This document shows, piece by piece, positions 34,572 to 45,146 of a DNA stretch of 64,000 bases. A program made the position numbers and the translations under genes. The notes under the pieces were generated by a model. The model did no database searches, had not been told where the DNA came from, and saw nothing but the letters and a program-made list of their open reading frames with translations. Every line of letters starts with the position of its first letter. Within the stretch, counting starts at the first letter, position 1. Source of the stretch: Planctomycetota bacterium (GTDB lineage: Bacteria; Planctomycetota; UBA11346); assembly GCA_038213805.1 (NCBI GenBank), contig JBBQSO010000007.1, positions 1 through 64,000 of the forward strand. The letters are read 5' to 3'.

Positions 34572-37217
34572 ATGCGCATGCCATTCCTCCCCGTCGCACT
34601 CGCTCTGGCTGCCTGCGCGCCGCTGGCCGCCTCCGACGTGTTCGCAGATTTCGCCATCCCCGACCTGCTGCCGCTGGCCAAAAAACACAGCGTGATGAAC
34701 ACCGGCGCGATCAAGCTCAAGAGCCACTACGACCGCGACCTAGGCAAGCTCGGCGAACTGAAGGCGGGCTCGCTGCGCCTCGACCTGTCGATCGGCAAGC
34801 GCGACGATGCGCCGATGTGGTGGGACGTGGTCAATGGCCCGGATCCCGACCACCTTGGCTACAATTTCGCCAACGTTGACTGGCTGGATGGTGAACTGAC
34901 CAAGCAGGACACCCTGCCCTACTGGGGCCTCGTCTATATCCCGATACCATTCCAGGATCCACGTCAGCCAGCGGACGACTGGCGCTTCCTCGATCCCGAC
35001 CGCTTCAACTGGGACCGCTGGCAGGAGGCTTCACGCACCTTCGCGGGTCACGTGCGCGGCCTGCACCAGCATGGCTACCTCGAGGCGCTGAACGAGCCCG
35101 ACCTGTACCTGCCGTGGATCACCGGAACCGACACCGAAAACCTCAAGAAGGGATATTTCCTGCGCGTGCCCAACATGGACACCCAGCTTGAGCCGACCAC
35201 CTTCCAGATGTACGTGCGCACGGCCAAGGGCTTCAAGGAGGGCGATCCGGACGCGGTCGTCGGCGGTCCGGCGCTGGCGGGCGCAGCGATGCAGTGGACG
35301 GGCCCGTTCCTCGACTATGTCGCGGGCAACCAGGCGCCGATCGACTTCTTCTCGTTCCACGTGATCAGCGGCGACGATCCGTTCAGCGTGGTCATCCCGC
35401 GCACCCAGGGCGTGCGCAATCAGCTCGCCGAACGCGGCTGGGCGCACTCGGTCGAGATCCACATGAACGAGTACAACGCCTACGGTCATCCCTGGGACCA
35501 GGACACCAACTCCAGCGACCTCGCCGTGCATGTCATCGAGAACTGCCACGACCTGCTCGGCCAGCACGACCTGACCGTGATCAGCTGGGCACAGGCGATG
35601 GACAACAGCCAGGTACAGGGCGCAGTGAACGGCGACCAGACCGCCGGCCTGATCGACTGGGAGGGCAACCGCCGGCGCGCCTTCAGCGCCTTCGCGATGT
35701 ACGGCGACATCCCGATGCCGAGCTTTCGCAGCAGCGAAACTGGCAGCATCCACACCATGGCCGGCGCCGACGCGGGCAAGGCCGGCATCATCGTGTGGAA
35801 CAGTGATGGCGCGCAGGCCAGCGACGTGACCGTGACCGCGCACCACATCCCCTTCGCGAACGCGGTGTTCCGCCTGGTGGTGATCGACCCGACCGGCACC
35901 GGCAACCCACAGGGCCTGAACCCGTCGGTGCAGGAGACCCAGGCGATCACCAATCCGATGTTCCGCATCGTGCACCTGCCGCCGCGTTCAGTCGCCTACC
36001 TGTCGTGGACCAGCACCACCGCACCAGCGCTGGCGGCGCCCGCAGGCCAGGTGGTGCGCGTCCACCACGACTACCCGAACCGCGCCACCCACTCGTGGGC
36101 GGAATACGACCGCCGCGCCTGGACCGCGTGCCTGGGCATGGACGACGCGAACGACCTGCAGATCGTCGGCACCACGGTGCGCGAGCTCGCAACCACGGTG
36201 CACGTGTCCTGCCGCACGGCCGGCGCGCCCGCCAGCGGCACGCTGGGCATGCGCATCGACTACCTGACCGGCGGCGGCTATACGAAGAGCGTGCTCTTCC
36301 ACGGCGGCCTGGCCGCTGGCTTCACTCTCCCGTGGGGCAGCGGGCGCCCCGTCGACCAGAGCGTGGCGATCGCGCTCGGTGACGCCGACATCATTCCGGG
36401 CGATTTCGCACCGGCGGGCTGGCTCGGGCAGGCGGTGGTGACGTACGTGATGAACCATACTGGGAACGGCACGCGTGCGACCTTCGTGCTGAGCGCCGGT
36501 GGGTCGACGGGGACGGGAACAGGAACGGGAACGGGAACGGGAACGGGAACGGGAACGGGAACGGGAACGGGAACGGGAACCGGAACCGGTACTGGCACAG
36601 GGACCGGGACGGGTCTGCCCACCGGAGGCAGCGGCGTCGGCCTGACCGGCCAGTACTTCGCCACGAGAGACCTGAGCGGCCCGGCGCTGACGCGCACCGA
36701 CCCGGTGATCGATTTCACCTGGGACACCACGCCACCCATCGCGGGCATCGGTCTGGCCGACTACAGCGTACGCTGGACCGGCACCATCCAGGCGCCGACC
36801 AGCGAGCCCTACACCTTCCACGCGTTCAGCGACGATGGCGTGCGCCTGACGGTCGACGGCCACCAGCTCATCGATCATTGGGTCGACCAGGGGGTGACGG
36901 AATCCACCGGCACCATCGCCCTGACCGCCGGGCACAGCTACGCCATCACCATGGAATACTACCAGCACGCTGGCGGCGCGACCGCGCGGCTGCTGTGGAG
37001 CACGCCCTCAAGTCCGACCGCCGCCGTGGTGCCCCAGTCGCGGCTCATTCCGGCGGCGGGTGGCGCAGCGGGGACGGGAACGGGTGGCGGTACTCCGGCG
37101 ATCTCAAGCACGAACGGCAGCGGCTGCGGCTCAGGAATCGCGGCGGTGGTGCTGATGCTGAGCGCACTGTCGATGATACGCCTGCGCGGCGCGGGTGGGC
37201 GTCAGCCGCCGGAATGA
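34572..37217 (+). CDS. Secreted GH39-like glycoside hydrolase with Thr-Gly linker, PA14 domain and C-terminal TM tail
   Basis: Signal peptide, ALNEPD, VGGPA, DFFSFH, HMNEYN; GLTGQYF..YSVRWTG..SDDGVRL (PA14). Confidence 0.8.
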   Translation: MRMPFLPVALALAACAPLAASDVFADFAIPDLLPLAKKHSVMNTGAIKLKSHYDRDLGKLGELKAGSLRLDLSIGKRDDAPMWWDVVNGPDPDHLGYNFANVDWLDGELTKQDTLPYWGLVYIPIPFQDPRQPADDWRFLDPDRFNWDRWQEASRTFAGHVRGLHQHGYLEALNEPDLYLPWITGTDTENLKKGYFLRVPNMDTQLEPTTFQMYVRTAKGFKEGDPDAVVGGPALAGAAMQWTGPFLDYVAGNQAPIDFFSFHVISGDDPFSVVIPRTQGVRNQLAERGWAHSVEIHMNEYNAYGHPWDQDTNSSDLAVHVIENCHDLLGQHDLTVISWAQAMDNSQVQGAVNGDQTAGLIDWEGNRRRAFSAFAMYGDIPMPSFRSSETGSIHTMAGADAGKAGIIVWNSDGAQASDVTVTAHHIPFANAVFRLVVIDPTGTGNPQGLNPSVQETQAITNPMFRIVHLPPRSVAYLSWTSTTAPALAAPAGQVVRVHHDYPNRATHSWAEYDRRAWTACLGMDDANDLQIVGTTVRELATTVHVSCRTAGAPASGTLGMRIDYLTGGGYTKSVLFHGGLAAGFTLPWGSGRPVDQSVAIALGDADIIPGDFAPAGWLGQAVVTYVMNHTGNGTRATFVLSAGGSTGTGTGTGTGTGTGTGTGTGTGTGTGTGTGTGTGTGLPTGGSGVGLTGQYFATRDLSGPALTRTDPVIDFTWDTTPPIAGIGLADYSVRWTGTIQAPTSEPYTFHAFSDDGVRLTVDGHQLIDHWVDQGVTESTGTIALTAGHSYAITMEYYQHAGGATARLLWSTPSSPTAAVVPQSRLIPAAGGAAGTGTGGGTPAISSTNGSGCGSGIAAVVLMLSALSMIRLRGAGGRQPPE
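36507..36615 (+). repeat. (ACGGGA)n coding repeat encoding a (Thr-Gly)~18 linker
   Basis: Directly visible in DNA and protein. Confidence 0.95.
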
Positions 37218-37346
37218 ACGGCGCTTGAAGCGCGACGCCGGGGATGACTGGGGTCGATGCGCGACGCAGCCGGCCGACACCTCCACCAGCCCACGCCTTG
37301 CATCCTTCCTGTTCCAGGCATTCTGCCCCGCATCGAGGGCTCTCCC

Positions 37347-38307
37347 ATGCGGCTGTGGATGATGCTGGTGGGTGACCCTGGCCAGCACTTCGGTGCCGAA
37401 TCCCGCGCTGACCACCGTCACCTACGACCTGCGCGTGCTGACCGCGCCGCTCCATGACCGCAAAGGTCCCAACCTCGAACCGCCGGTGCCGCAGGGCTCG
37501 CACATCGGCCCACCCACCGAGCCCGAGAGCAAGCCGGAGATCAACGAGTTCATCGAACTCGTTCAGAAATTCGTCGCCCCCGAGGCGTGCAGAGGCGAAG
37601 GCGTCGCCATCAGCGAGTATAATGGCGCGGTGGTGGTGACCCAGGTTTCAGCAGTGCAGCAGCTGGTCCGAGCCGCCTTCGCGCAGCTGGAGCGGCGCCG
37701 CGCCACCCAGCTGGTCTGCCGTTTCTACCGCTTGACCAAGCCACCCGCCGCCGCGGGCGCGACCCTGGACGCCGAGCAGTGGGCGGCCGTGGCCCCCACC
37801 GCGACGCTGGTCGAGGCCGCGCTCGCCCACCACGGTATGCGCCAACACATCGCCAGCGGCCACGAGCGGCTCTATGTCCAGGACCTGGACCTCAACCAGT
37901 TCGTCCACGTGCCGATCGTCGCCGCGCTCGGCACCGGCATCGACCTCGACCTGACCGCCACCGCCACCATCGCTGGCGTGCTGGTCGACCTGCGTCTGAT
38001 GGCCACCGTCGACGCGCAGTGGCCGATGCGCGAGGTCAGCGACGACCACGGCCAGGTCGTGGGGGTCATCACCACGCCACGCCTGACCACCGATACGTCG
38101 TCCGAAACCCGCCTCATCCCGCCCGGCGGCGCGGCCATCTCCCGCTGCGGGACACGCGCCTACGCGCTCACCTGCGAGGTGCTGAGCGACGCAGGCGGAC
38201 ACCCGTTCGGACCCTGGCACGCGGATGGCACCATCGGCGACAAGCCCGCCCCGCCGGCGGACCCGGCGCCCACGCCGGCGGACGGTCGGTATCGGGGAAT
38301 CCCGTGA
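37347..38307 (+). CDS. Hypothetical protein with secretin-N (NolW)-like domain; probable 5' frameshift
   Basis: TYDLRVL...IELVQKFVAPE..ISEYNGAVVVTQ..QQLVRAAFAQL; ATG 37347 is out of frame with the main ORF (37372-38307). Confidence 0.45.
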
Positions 38308-38338
38308 ACTTCTGAGGCGCGGCAGCGCCGCAGGCCCC

Positions 38339-38782
38339 CTACCCGCGGCTGTCCATGCTCTGCTCCGCACTGCGCGCCAACAGGTTGGCGAGTTGGAGGA
38401 AGCCGTCCCAGCTGCTCGGCTTGGTGAGGAAGTTGCGCGCCGGGATGAGGCCCTCGGAGAGCATGTCCTGGTATTCCGCCACCGACGCGAAGATGTAGAC
38501 CGGGGTCTGGTCGAAGATGGGCTGCGCGCGCACGAAGCGCAGCAGTTGCGCACCGGTGACCACCGGCAGATGCGCGTCGAGGAGGATGCAGTGCGGTGGC
38601 GGGACGTCGCGGGCGCTGACCTTGATCTGGAAATAGTGCAGGGCGTTGTCGCCCTTGTCGATCACCTGCAGGCGCAGGGAATGGCCGGTGACGCGCACGG
38701 CCTCTTCAAGCAGCGTCGCGTCGCCCGCGTTGTCTTCGACGTAGACGATGGTGGGCAGGTGGTCCGGCTTGATGGTGGTCAT
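38339..38782 (-). CDS. Single-domain response regulator
   Basis: VEDNAGD, LLDAHLP, FLTKP. Confidence 0.88.
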   Translation of the reverse strand: MTTIKPDHLPTIVYVEDNAGDATLLEEAVRVTGHSLRLQVIDKGDNALHYFQIKVSARDVPPPHCILLDAHLPVVTGAQLLRFVRAQPIFDQTPVYIFASVAEYQDMLSEGLIPARNFLTKPSSWDGFLQLANLLARSAEQSMDSRG

Positions 38783-39019
38783 GGGCGCGAGAATCGCGGG
38801 GGGGCGTCAGGCACAGCGGAATAGTCGCGCACCTTCGGCGCGGTCAGTCACGCAGCGCGCCAGGGATTCCTGACAGAGCGGCGGGCCACTGCGCGTCCAC
38901 CGGGTCACATCGACTCCCGCTGACCAAGTTGTCCTGGTCGGAATCGCGGTCGACCTTGACGCGCGCTGCGCCGGCGCCAAATCGCACGGAGGCTCGGAAG
39001 ACTTTCCCGCAGTCTGCTT

Positions 39020-39042
39020 GCTAAAGTTTAGCTAAATATTAG
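39020..39042. promoter_or_regulatory. Tandem AT-rich palindromes (putative operator)
   Basis: GCTAAAGTTTAGC overlapping CTAAATATTAG, 25 bp upstream of the HAD gene in a GC-rich context. Confidence 0.45.
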
Positions 39043-39067
39043 ATTCGGCCGCGGAAGACCTGCGCCA

Positions 39068-39907
39068 ATGACCTGCAACCGCCGTCACCCCACCCCCAGC
39101 GGACCACGCGCCGCCGCCCGCCTGGTGGTCTTCGACTTCGATGGCACGCTGTCCTGGTTGCGCCATGGCTGGCCGTGCATCATGACCGCGGTGATGCGCG
39201 AGCACCTGCCGGCCATTGCAGGCGAGGATGCGGTTGCGATCGACGCGCTGCTGACTGGCATCGTCCTGGGCATGAACGGGCACCCGACCATCATGCAGAT
39301 GACGCGTTTCGCCGCGCTGGTGCAGGAGCGCGGCGGCCAGGTCCGCGCTCCCGAGGACCTGCGCGCGGAGTATCAGGCCCGCCTCGACACCGAGATCGCC
39401 GCGCGCGTGGCACGCATCCGCGGCGGCAGCGCGGCCACCGACGACTTCGTGGTGTGCGGCGCGCGGGCACTGTTGGAGCGCCTCGCGGCCAGCGGCGCTA
39501 CCCTGGCGGTGCTGAGCAGCACGGTCGAGGAGCGCGTACGCGAAGAGGCCGGCATCCTCGGCTTAACCCGCTACTTCGGTGGCCGCATCCACGGCTGCGT
39601 CGGTGATCCCTCCACGTTCACCAAACGCGCGGTGTTCGAGCGGCTACTGCGCGAGACCGGATGCTCAGGCGGTGAACTGCTGTCCTTCGGCGACGGCCCA
39701 GTCGAGATCGCCGAGACCAGGCGGCTTGGCGGCACCGCCATCGCGGTGTGCAGCGACGAGGACGACAACGGCTCCGGCATCTGCGACCCCTTCAAGCGTG
39801 AGCAGCTGCTGCGCGCCGGCGCGCACGAAGCGATCGCGGACTTCCGCGACGCCGACGCGGCACTCGCCCGGCTCCAGCTGGTGGTGGCCGCGTCCGCGCG
39901 CGCCTGA
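39068..39907 (+). CDS. HAD-family hydrolase
   Basis: FDFDGTL, LSS, K, FGDGPVE. Confidence 0.9.
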   Translation: MTCNRRHPTPSGPRAAARLVVFDFDGTLSWLRHGWPCIMTAVMREHLPAIAGEDAVAIDALLTGIVLGMNGHPTIMQMTRFAALVQERGGQVRAPEDLRAEYQARLDTEIAARVARIRGGSAATDDFVVCGARALLERLAASGATLAVLSSTVEERVREEAGILGLTRYFGGRIHGCVGDPSTFTKRAVFERLLRETGCSGGELLSFGDGPVEIAETRRLGGTAIAVCSDEDDNGSGICDPFKREQLLRAGAHEAIADFRDADAALARLQLVVAASARA

Positions 39908-40009
39908 TCCCCCTCCCATACCGAGCGACCGGACCCCCATGCCCCTCATCACCATCGCCACCGCGCTCATGGACATGTTGGCGGAGCCGGTACGGGAGCA
40001 GACGGTCGC

Positions 40010-41122
40010 ATGCCCATGACCACCCGACCCCTCGACCTCAAGCGGTTGAAAGTCCTGCCGCTGGCGCAGCGCGCGAGTCTGACCAAGGCCGACGACATCC
40101 TGATCCAACCGGACGCGACTCCCAAGCCGCTGAACGCCCACCAGGATGCCCTCACCAGCGCCTGCGCGGCGCGCATCCGCGCGGCAGAGGTGCGCGGCGC
40201 CAGCATCATGCTGATCTACGGCGCGCACCTGCTGCGCAACGGCGCCGCGCTGATCCTTGAGCGCATGATGGCGCAGGGTTGGGTCACCCACCTCGCCACC
40301 AACGGCGCCGGCACCATTCACGACTGGGAATACGCGTGGTTCGGCGCCAGCACCGAGAGCGTCGAGATGAACGTCGCCAGCGGCACCTTCGGCACGTGGC
40401 ACGAGACCTCGACGTCGATCCACCTCGCGCTGATGGCGGGCGCGCTCGACGGGCTCGGCTATGGCCAGGCGCTCGGGCGCTTCATCTGCGACGACGGCGC
40501 CACCCTGCCCACCACCGCGTCGCTGGCCGCGGCGATCGCGGCGGAGCCCGGTCACCGTCTCACCCCGGCGCGCGCCGACCTGCTGCGCGCGATGACGGAA
40601 TTCGGGATTCCCCCCGGCCCGTACCGCATGGAGCACCGCTGGAAACACGCCTCGATCGTGGCGTCGGCGTGGCGGCACGGCGTGGCCCTGACGGTGCATC
40701 CCGGCATCGGCTACGACATCATCGCCAACCATCCGATGTTCAACGGCGGCGTGATCGGGCGCGCGGCGGAATGGGACTTCGCGCTGTTCGGCGGCGCGCT
40801 CGACGGCCTCGACGGCGGCGTGGCGATGTCGGTCGGCTCGGCGATCATGGGCCCGCAGGTGTTCGAGAAGTCGGCGAGCTGCGTCAACAACCTGCGCCTG
40901 CAGGACGGCCGCGGGCCGGTGCGCGATCACGCGATCTTCGTCGTCGACCTGCAGGACGGCGGCGGGTGGGACTGGGAAAAAGGTGAACCGCCCAAGACCA
41001 ACCCGGCCTATTACCTGCGCTTCTGCAAGAGCTACTCGCGCATGAACGGTGCCATGCAGTACCTCCAGTGCGACAACGCCGCGTTCATGCACAATCTCTA
41101 CCGCAAGCTGGCAACGCCGTGA
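40010..41122 (+). CDS. Uncharacterised protein, deoxyhypusine-synthase-like fold
   Basis: GAHLLRNG..THLATNGAGTIHDWE..TVHPGIGYDII..GSAIMGPQVFEK. Confidence 0.6.
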   Translation: MPMTTRPLDLKRLKVLPLAQRASLTKADDILIQPDATPKPLNAHQDALTSACAARIRAAEVRGASIMLIYGAHLLRNGAALILERMMAQGWVTHLATNGAGTIHDWEYAWFGASTESVEMNVASGTFGTWHETSTSIHLALMAGALDGLGYGQALGRFICDDGATLPTTASLAAAIAAEPGHRLTPARADLLRAMTEFGIPPGPYRMEHRWKHASIVASAWRHGVALTVHPGIGYDIIANHPMFNGGVIGRAAEWDFALFGGALDGLDGGVAMSVGSAIMGPQVFEKSASCVNNLRLQDGRGPVRDHAIFVVDLQDGGGWDWEKGEPPKTNPAYYLRFCKSYSRMNGAMQYLQCDNAAFMHNLYRKLATP

Positions 41123-42144
41123 CGCCGGACCGCCTGCGCGCGCTGACGGCGCGCTACGCCGATCTCGATCTCGCCATCGTCGGCGACTTCTGCCTCGACC
41201 GCTACCTGGAGATCGACCCGGCGCGCGCCGCGGTGTCGATCGAGACCGGCCTGCCGGTGCACAACGTGGTGGCGGTGCGCGCGCAGCCCGGCGGCGCCGG
41301 CACCGTGCTCGGCAACCTGGTCGCGCTGGGCGTGGGCACGCTACGCCTGGTCGGTTTCTGCGGCGACGACGGCGAGGGCTATGAATTGCGCCGCGCGCTG
41401 GGCGCCTTGCGCGGGGTCGCACTCGACCACTTCATCACCACTTCGGCGCGGCGCACCTTCACCTACTGCAAGCCGATGGTCTACTCGCCCGGTGCCCCGC
41501 CGCGCGAACTCGAACGACTCGACTCGAAGAACTGGACGCCGACACCCGTCGACCTTGGCGCGATGTTGACGCGCTCGTTGCGCCAGCTCGCCGCCACCGC
41601 CGATGGCGTGATCGTCATGGATCAGGTCGACGCGGCCGGCACCGGCACGGTCAGCGCCGCGCTGCTCGACACGCTCGGCGCCTGCGCCGCCGCGCGCCCG
41701 CAGATGCCGGTGATCGCGGACTCGCGGCGCAGCCTGCGCGACTATCCGCCGGTGATCTTCAAGATGAACGCCGCCGAGCTTGCCGCCATGTCCGGGGGCG
41801 CGGGCCACCGCGGCCTGGACGACGTGAAAACCGCCGCGCGCGCCCTGGCGGACGCCAACGGCCAGCCGGTGTTCATCACCCTGGCCGAGCAGGGCATCGT
41901 CGGCGCCGCGCCCGGCGGCGCGCTGGAACATGTCCCCGCCCTGCCCCTGCGCGGACCCATCGACATCGTCGGCGCCGGCGACTCGGTCACCGCCAACCTG
42001 ATCGCCGCGACGGCCGCCGGCGCCACCCTGCGCGAGGCCATCGAACTCGCCATCCTCGCCTCGTCGCTGGTCATCCACCAGCTCGGCACCACCGGCACGG
42101 CCAGTGTGGACCAGATCGCGGAGCTGCTGCCGGCGCTGGGGTGA
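41119..42144 (+). CDS. PfkB-family sugar kinase (RfaE/HldE kinase-like)
   Basis: IVGDFCLDRY, PGGAGTV, KMNAAE, DIVGAGD; GTG start overlaps the upstream TGA. Confidence 0.88.
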   Translation: MTPDRLRALTARYADLDLAIVGDFCLDRYLEIDPARAAVSIETGLPVHNVVAVRAQPGGAGTVLGNLVALGVGTLRLVGFCGDDGEGYELRRALGALRGVALDHFITTSARRTFTYCKPMVYSPGAPPRELERLDSKNWTPTPVDLGAMLTRSLRQLAATADGVIVMDQVDAAGTGTVSAALLDTLGACAAARPQMPVIADSRRSLRDYPPVIFKMNAAELAAMSGGAGHRGLDDVKTAARALADANGQPVFITLAEQGIVGAAPGGALEHVPALPLRGPIDIVGAGDSVTANLIAATAAGATLREAIELAILASSLVIHQLGTTGTASVDQIAELLPALG

Positions 42145-42195
42145 GGCGCCACGCCGGACCTTGCCATCGCCGCGAAGGCCGATGCACTCGCAGCG

Positions 42196-43038
42196 ATGCC
42201 GGATGTCCCCACGCGCTTCGTGCTGTTCGCCTTCGGCGAGGAGCTGGCCGCCTACACCCAGGCGCACCTCGCCCTGCTGACCACGATGGCCAACGCGCCC
42301 GCGGGCTGTGAATTCGTGGTCGTCACCACCCACCCACGGCATTTCCACTGGTTCGACGGGCGGCTGCGCTTGGTCGTGATCGACAACGCGCAGCTCACGG
42401 CCTGGAAGGGCCCCAGCGGGTTCTTCTGGCGCACCAAGATCGAGGCCATCCGCCACGCGGCCGCGCTCGGCCCGGCGCACATCGTCTACCTCGACTCCGA
42501 CGTGCTCGCCACCGCCCCGCTTGCCGACCTGTGCGCGGGCCTGGCGCAGGGCCGGGTCTACATGCACCAGCGCGAGTTCACCCTCGGCGGCACCCGCCGC
42601 CGGGGCCACCGCCCCCTGCGCCAGCTCATCCCGCGGACCCACGTCGGCACCACCGTGTCGCTGGACACTGAAATGTGGAACGCCGGCGTCGTCGCCGTCG
42701 GCGCTGCGCAGCACGGCCTGCTTGACCGCGCCCTGGCGCTGTGCGACTCCTTCATCGCCGATGGCCAGCACACCTTGCACGAGCAGTTCGCCTTCAGCGT
42801 CGCCCTCGCCGGCACCGGCGCGCTACACGCCGCCGAGCCCTGGATCCTGCACTACTGGGGCAACAAACCCGGCTTCCAGGAGGCGATCAATGCCCAACTC
42901 GCCGCCATCTGGATCCGCCAGCTGAACGTCGACCAGGCCATCGCCTTCGTCCAGGCCAACCCCATCCGCCGCCCGGTCTCAGTGCGCCGGCGCTGGTGGA
43001 ACCGCTGGTTCAAGGGTCTGGCGGGCGTGGCGAGCTGA
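42196..43038 (+). CDS. Putative GT-A glycosyltransferase / nucleotide-diphospho-sugar transferase
   Basis: YLDSD, WNAGVV, HEQ, HYWGNK. Confidence 0.65.
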   Translation: MPDVPTRFVLFAFGEELAAYTQAHLALLTTMANAPAGCEFVVVTTHPRHFHWFDGRLRLVVIDNAQLTAWKGPSGFFWRTKIEAIRHAAALGPAHIVYLDSDVLATAPLADLCAGLAQGRVYMHQREFTLGGTRRRGHRPLRQLIPRTHVGTTVSLDTEMWNAGVVAVGAAQHGLLDRALALCDSFIADGQHTLHEQFAFSVALAGTGALHAAEPWILHYWGNKPGFQEAINAQLAAIWIRQLNVDQAIAFVQANPIRRPVSVRRRWWNRWFKGLAGVAS

Positions 43039-43096
43039 AGGATTTGAGGGAGTTCATTTACCTTTTCACGTCACCGGGTAGTTTCGCCGCAGCGCC

Positions 43097-43510
43097 ATGA
43101 TCCACCGCCTTCCACTCCTGATCTGCGCGGTGCTGGTCGCCTTGGCCGCAGCACTGCCGAGTGGCCGTTGGTACCAGTGCCACATGGACGGAACCCTGCA
43201 CGCGGCATGCTGTTGCCAGACCGCGCTGCCCGCCCTTCCTGATGCTGATCAATCCTGCACCGCCCATGACGGCGGCTGCTGCACCGTGATCATCCTTCCC
43301 GACCACCCGGATCAGCAGGTCGCCGCCACGCCGTGCGTTCCGGATGATGGGCTTGCCGTCATCGCTGCGCTCGACCTGCTCGGGGACGGCCCCGTCGTGC
43401 TCGACCTGTGCGACCGGAACCGCCGTTCCCTGGTCACACGTCGACCGTCGGCACCTCGCGAACCGTCGTCGCCGCAGCTTTTCCAGCGGTACTGCTCCTA
43501 CGTGATTTGA
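43097..43510 (+). CDS. Cys/His-rich exported protein upstream of metal-efflux operon
   Basis: Signal peptide, CHMDG..ACCC..GGCC, C-terminal P..LFQRYCSYVI. Confidence 0.6.
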   Translation: MIHRLPLLICAVLVALAAALPSGRWYQCHMDGTLHAACCCQTALPALPDADQSCTAHDGGCCTVIILPDHPDQQVAATPCVPDDGLAVIAALDLLGDGPVVLDLCDRNRRSLVTRRPSAPREPSSPQLFQRYCSYVI

Positions 43511-43739
43511 CGGTCAATGGATGTGCCGGAGCGCCCAGTGGGCGCTTGGCCGCACCGTCTCTCCACACGGATCGCCCGGCTTCTTCCCGTAAGAGTCGTC
43601 GGCGCATCCCCCATCCGCAAACGGTTCGCCACCCGCCAAGCATCGGGCCTCGCGATCACATCACTGCCTGCGTGCAGGATGTGCGCTGCAGGTGTGCTCC
43701 GCATTGCGGCCAGATGGATCTCCCAGAAGGATTGCTCAC

Positions 43740-45146
43740 ATGCACCAGCGACCGCTTCGCCTGATCCTTGCGCCGTCTGGGCTCGCCCTGCTGGCGATGC
43801 TCAGCGGCTGCTCCTCCTCCGATGATGGGACTGGCTCCAGGCAGCAGCGTGCCGATCTCGGACCGAGCGCGTCTCCTTCCGCCATGCCCGACATGGCGGA
43901 CGGATCCGCAGCACATGCGCCGCCAACGGATGAACTGCCAGCGTTGATCGCCAGTGCGACCCTCGAACGGGCAGCGCTCGTCCGGGCTGTCCTTCAGCGC
44001 AATCCCGGCATCGCAGCCGCGCGCGCAGGATGGCTCGCCGCGCTCTCCCGGTATCCCCAGCAGTCGGCCTGGGATGACCCGATGCTCTCCTACCGCACCT
44101 ACCCCAGGAGCATTGGCGCCGGCGTCCACTACGGGCAAGAGATCGAGATCAGCCAGCGCATCCCAATCGGCGGCAAGCTCGACCTGCAGGGCGAGATCAC
44201 CCTGGCTGAGGCCGATGCCGCGCGTGCGGATTACCAGTCCGTGCGGCTGCGGCTGGGGATGATGGCGTCGCAGCTCTGCGACGACTATGGCCTCGCGGTC
44301 CGTTCCCTGGCGATCCTCTCCCGCCAGGCGCAGGTACTGGCCGACCTGAAGGCCAGTGCCCAGGCCCACGTCGCGAATGGCACCGCGTCGATCCAGGATG
44401 CGCTGATGGCCGACGCCGAGGCGGCCGAACTGCAGCAGGAAGTGATCCTGGCGACTGCCGATCGCGATGTCGCCATCACCCAGCTCAATGGACTCCTGCA
44501 CCGTCTTCCCATCGATGCTCCGCTTCCGGTCCCGGGTGATGAGGCCGTGGCCACGCCTGGAACAGCGAGCGCGGCCCTGCAGGAGATCGCGGTGCGGGAA
44601 CGGCCAGAGCTCAGCGCGGTCGAGGCGCGGGCGCGCCGCGCGGATTCGTCGCTGGTGCTGGCCGAGCGCCAGTACCGGCCCGATGTCATGGTCTCCGGCA
44701 CCTACAGCTCGCTCTGGGACCAGCGCGAATACCGCTATGGCCTGGGCGTGTCAGTGGCGCTGCCGGTGCATGGCGACCGCCTGCAGGGCGGCATCGATGA
44801 AGCCCATGCCCAGATCACCCAGGCGCACCTCGAACGCGAGCACATGGAACGCGACATCCGCGTGGAGGTGGCGGAAGCCATCCGTCGCCTGACCGCAGCC
44901 GAGTCCATCGCGACGGTCATCCATGATCAGCTGCTGCCGGCACTCACCAACCGCAGCGACGCCGCACGCACCGCGTTTTCTGCCAACCGCGCATCGTTCG
45001 AAGCGATCATCGCCGCGACGCGCGCGCAACTCAGCGCCGAGCTCAGGTACCAACAGGCCCTGACCGACGTTTCCCGTCGTCGCGCCATGCTCATCCGTGC
45101 CATCGGACGCCTCCCCATACCCGCCCAGGCTGGAGCCACCCCATGA
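43740..45146 (+). CDS. TolC-family outer membrane efflux lipoprotein (CusC-like)
   Basis: Lipobox LSGC, RNPGIAAAR, DDPML, SQRIP..GKL, RPEL. Confidence 0.88.
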   Translation: MHQRPLRLILAPSGLALLAMLSGCSSSDDGTGSRQQRADLGPSASPSAMPDMADGSAAHAPPTDELPALIASATLERAALVRAVLQRNPGIAAARAGWLAALSRYPQQSAWDDPMLSYRTYPRSIGAGVHYGQEIEISQRIPIGGKLDLQGEITLAEADAARADYQSVRLRLGMMASQLCDDYGLAVRSLAILSRQAQVLADLKASAQAHVANGTASIQDALMADAEAAELQQEVILATADRDVAITQLNGLLHRLPIDAPLPVPGDEAVATPGTASAALQEIAVRERPELSAVEARARRADSSLVLAERQYRPDVMVSGTYSSLWDQREYRYGLGVSVALPVHGDRLQGGIDEAHAQITQAHLEREHMERDIRVEVAEAIRRLTAAESIATVIHDQLLPALTNRSDAARTAFSANRASFEAIIAATRAQLSAELRYQQALTDVSRRRAMLIRAIGRLPIPAQAGATP

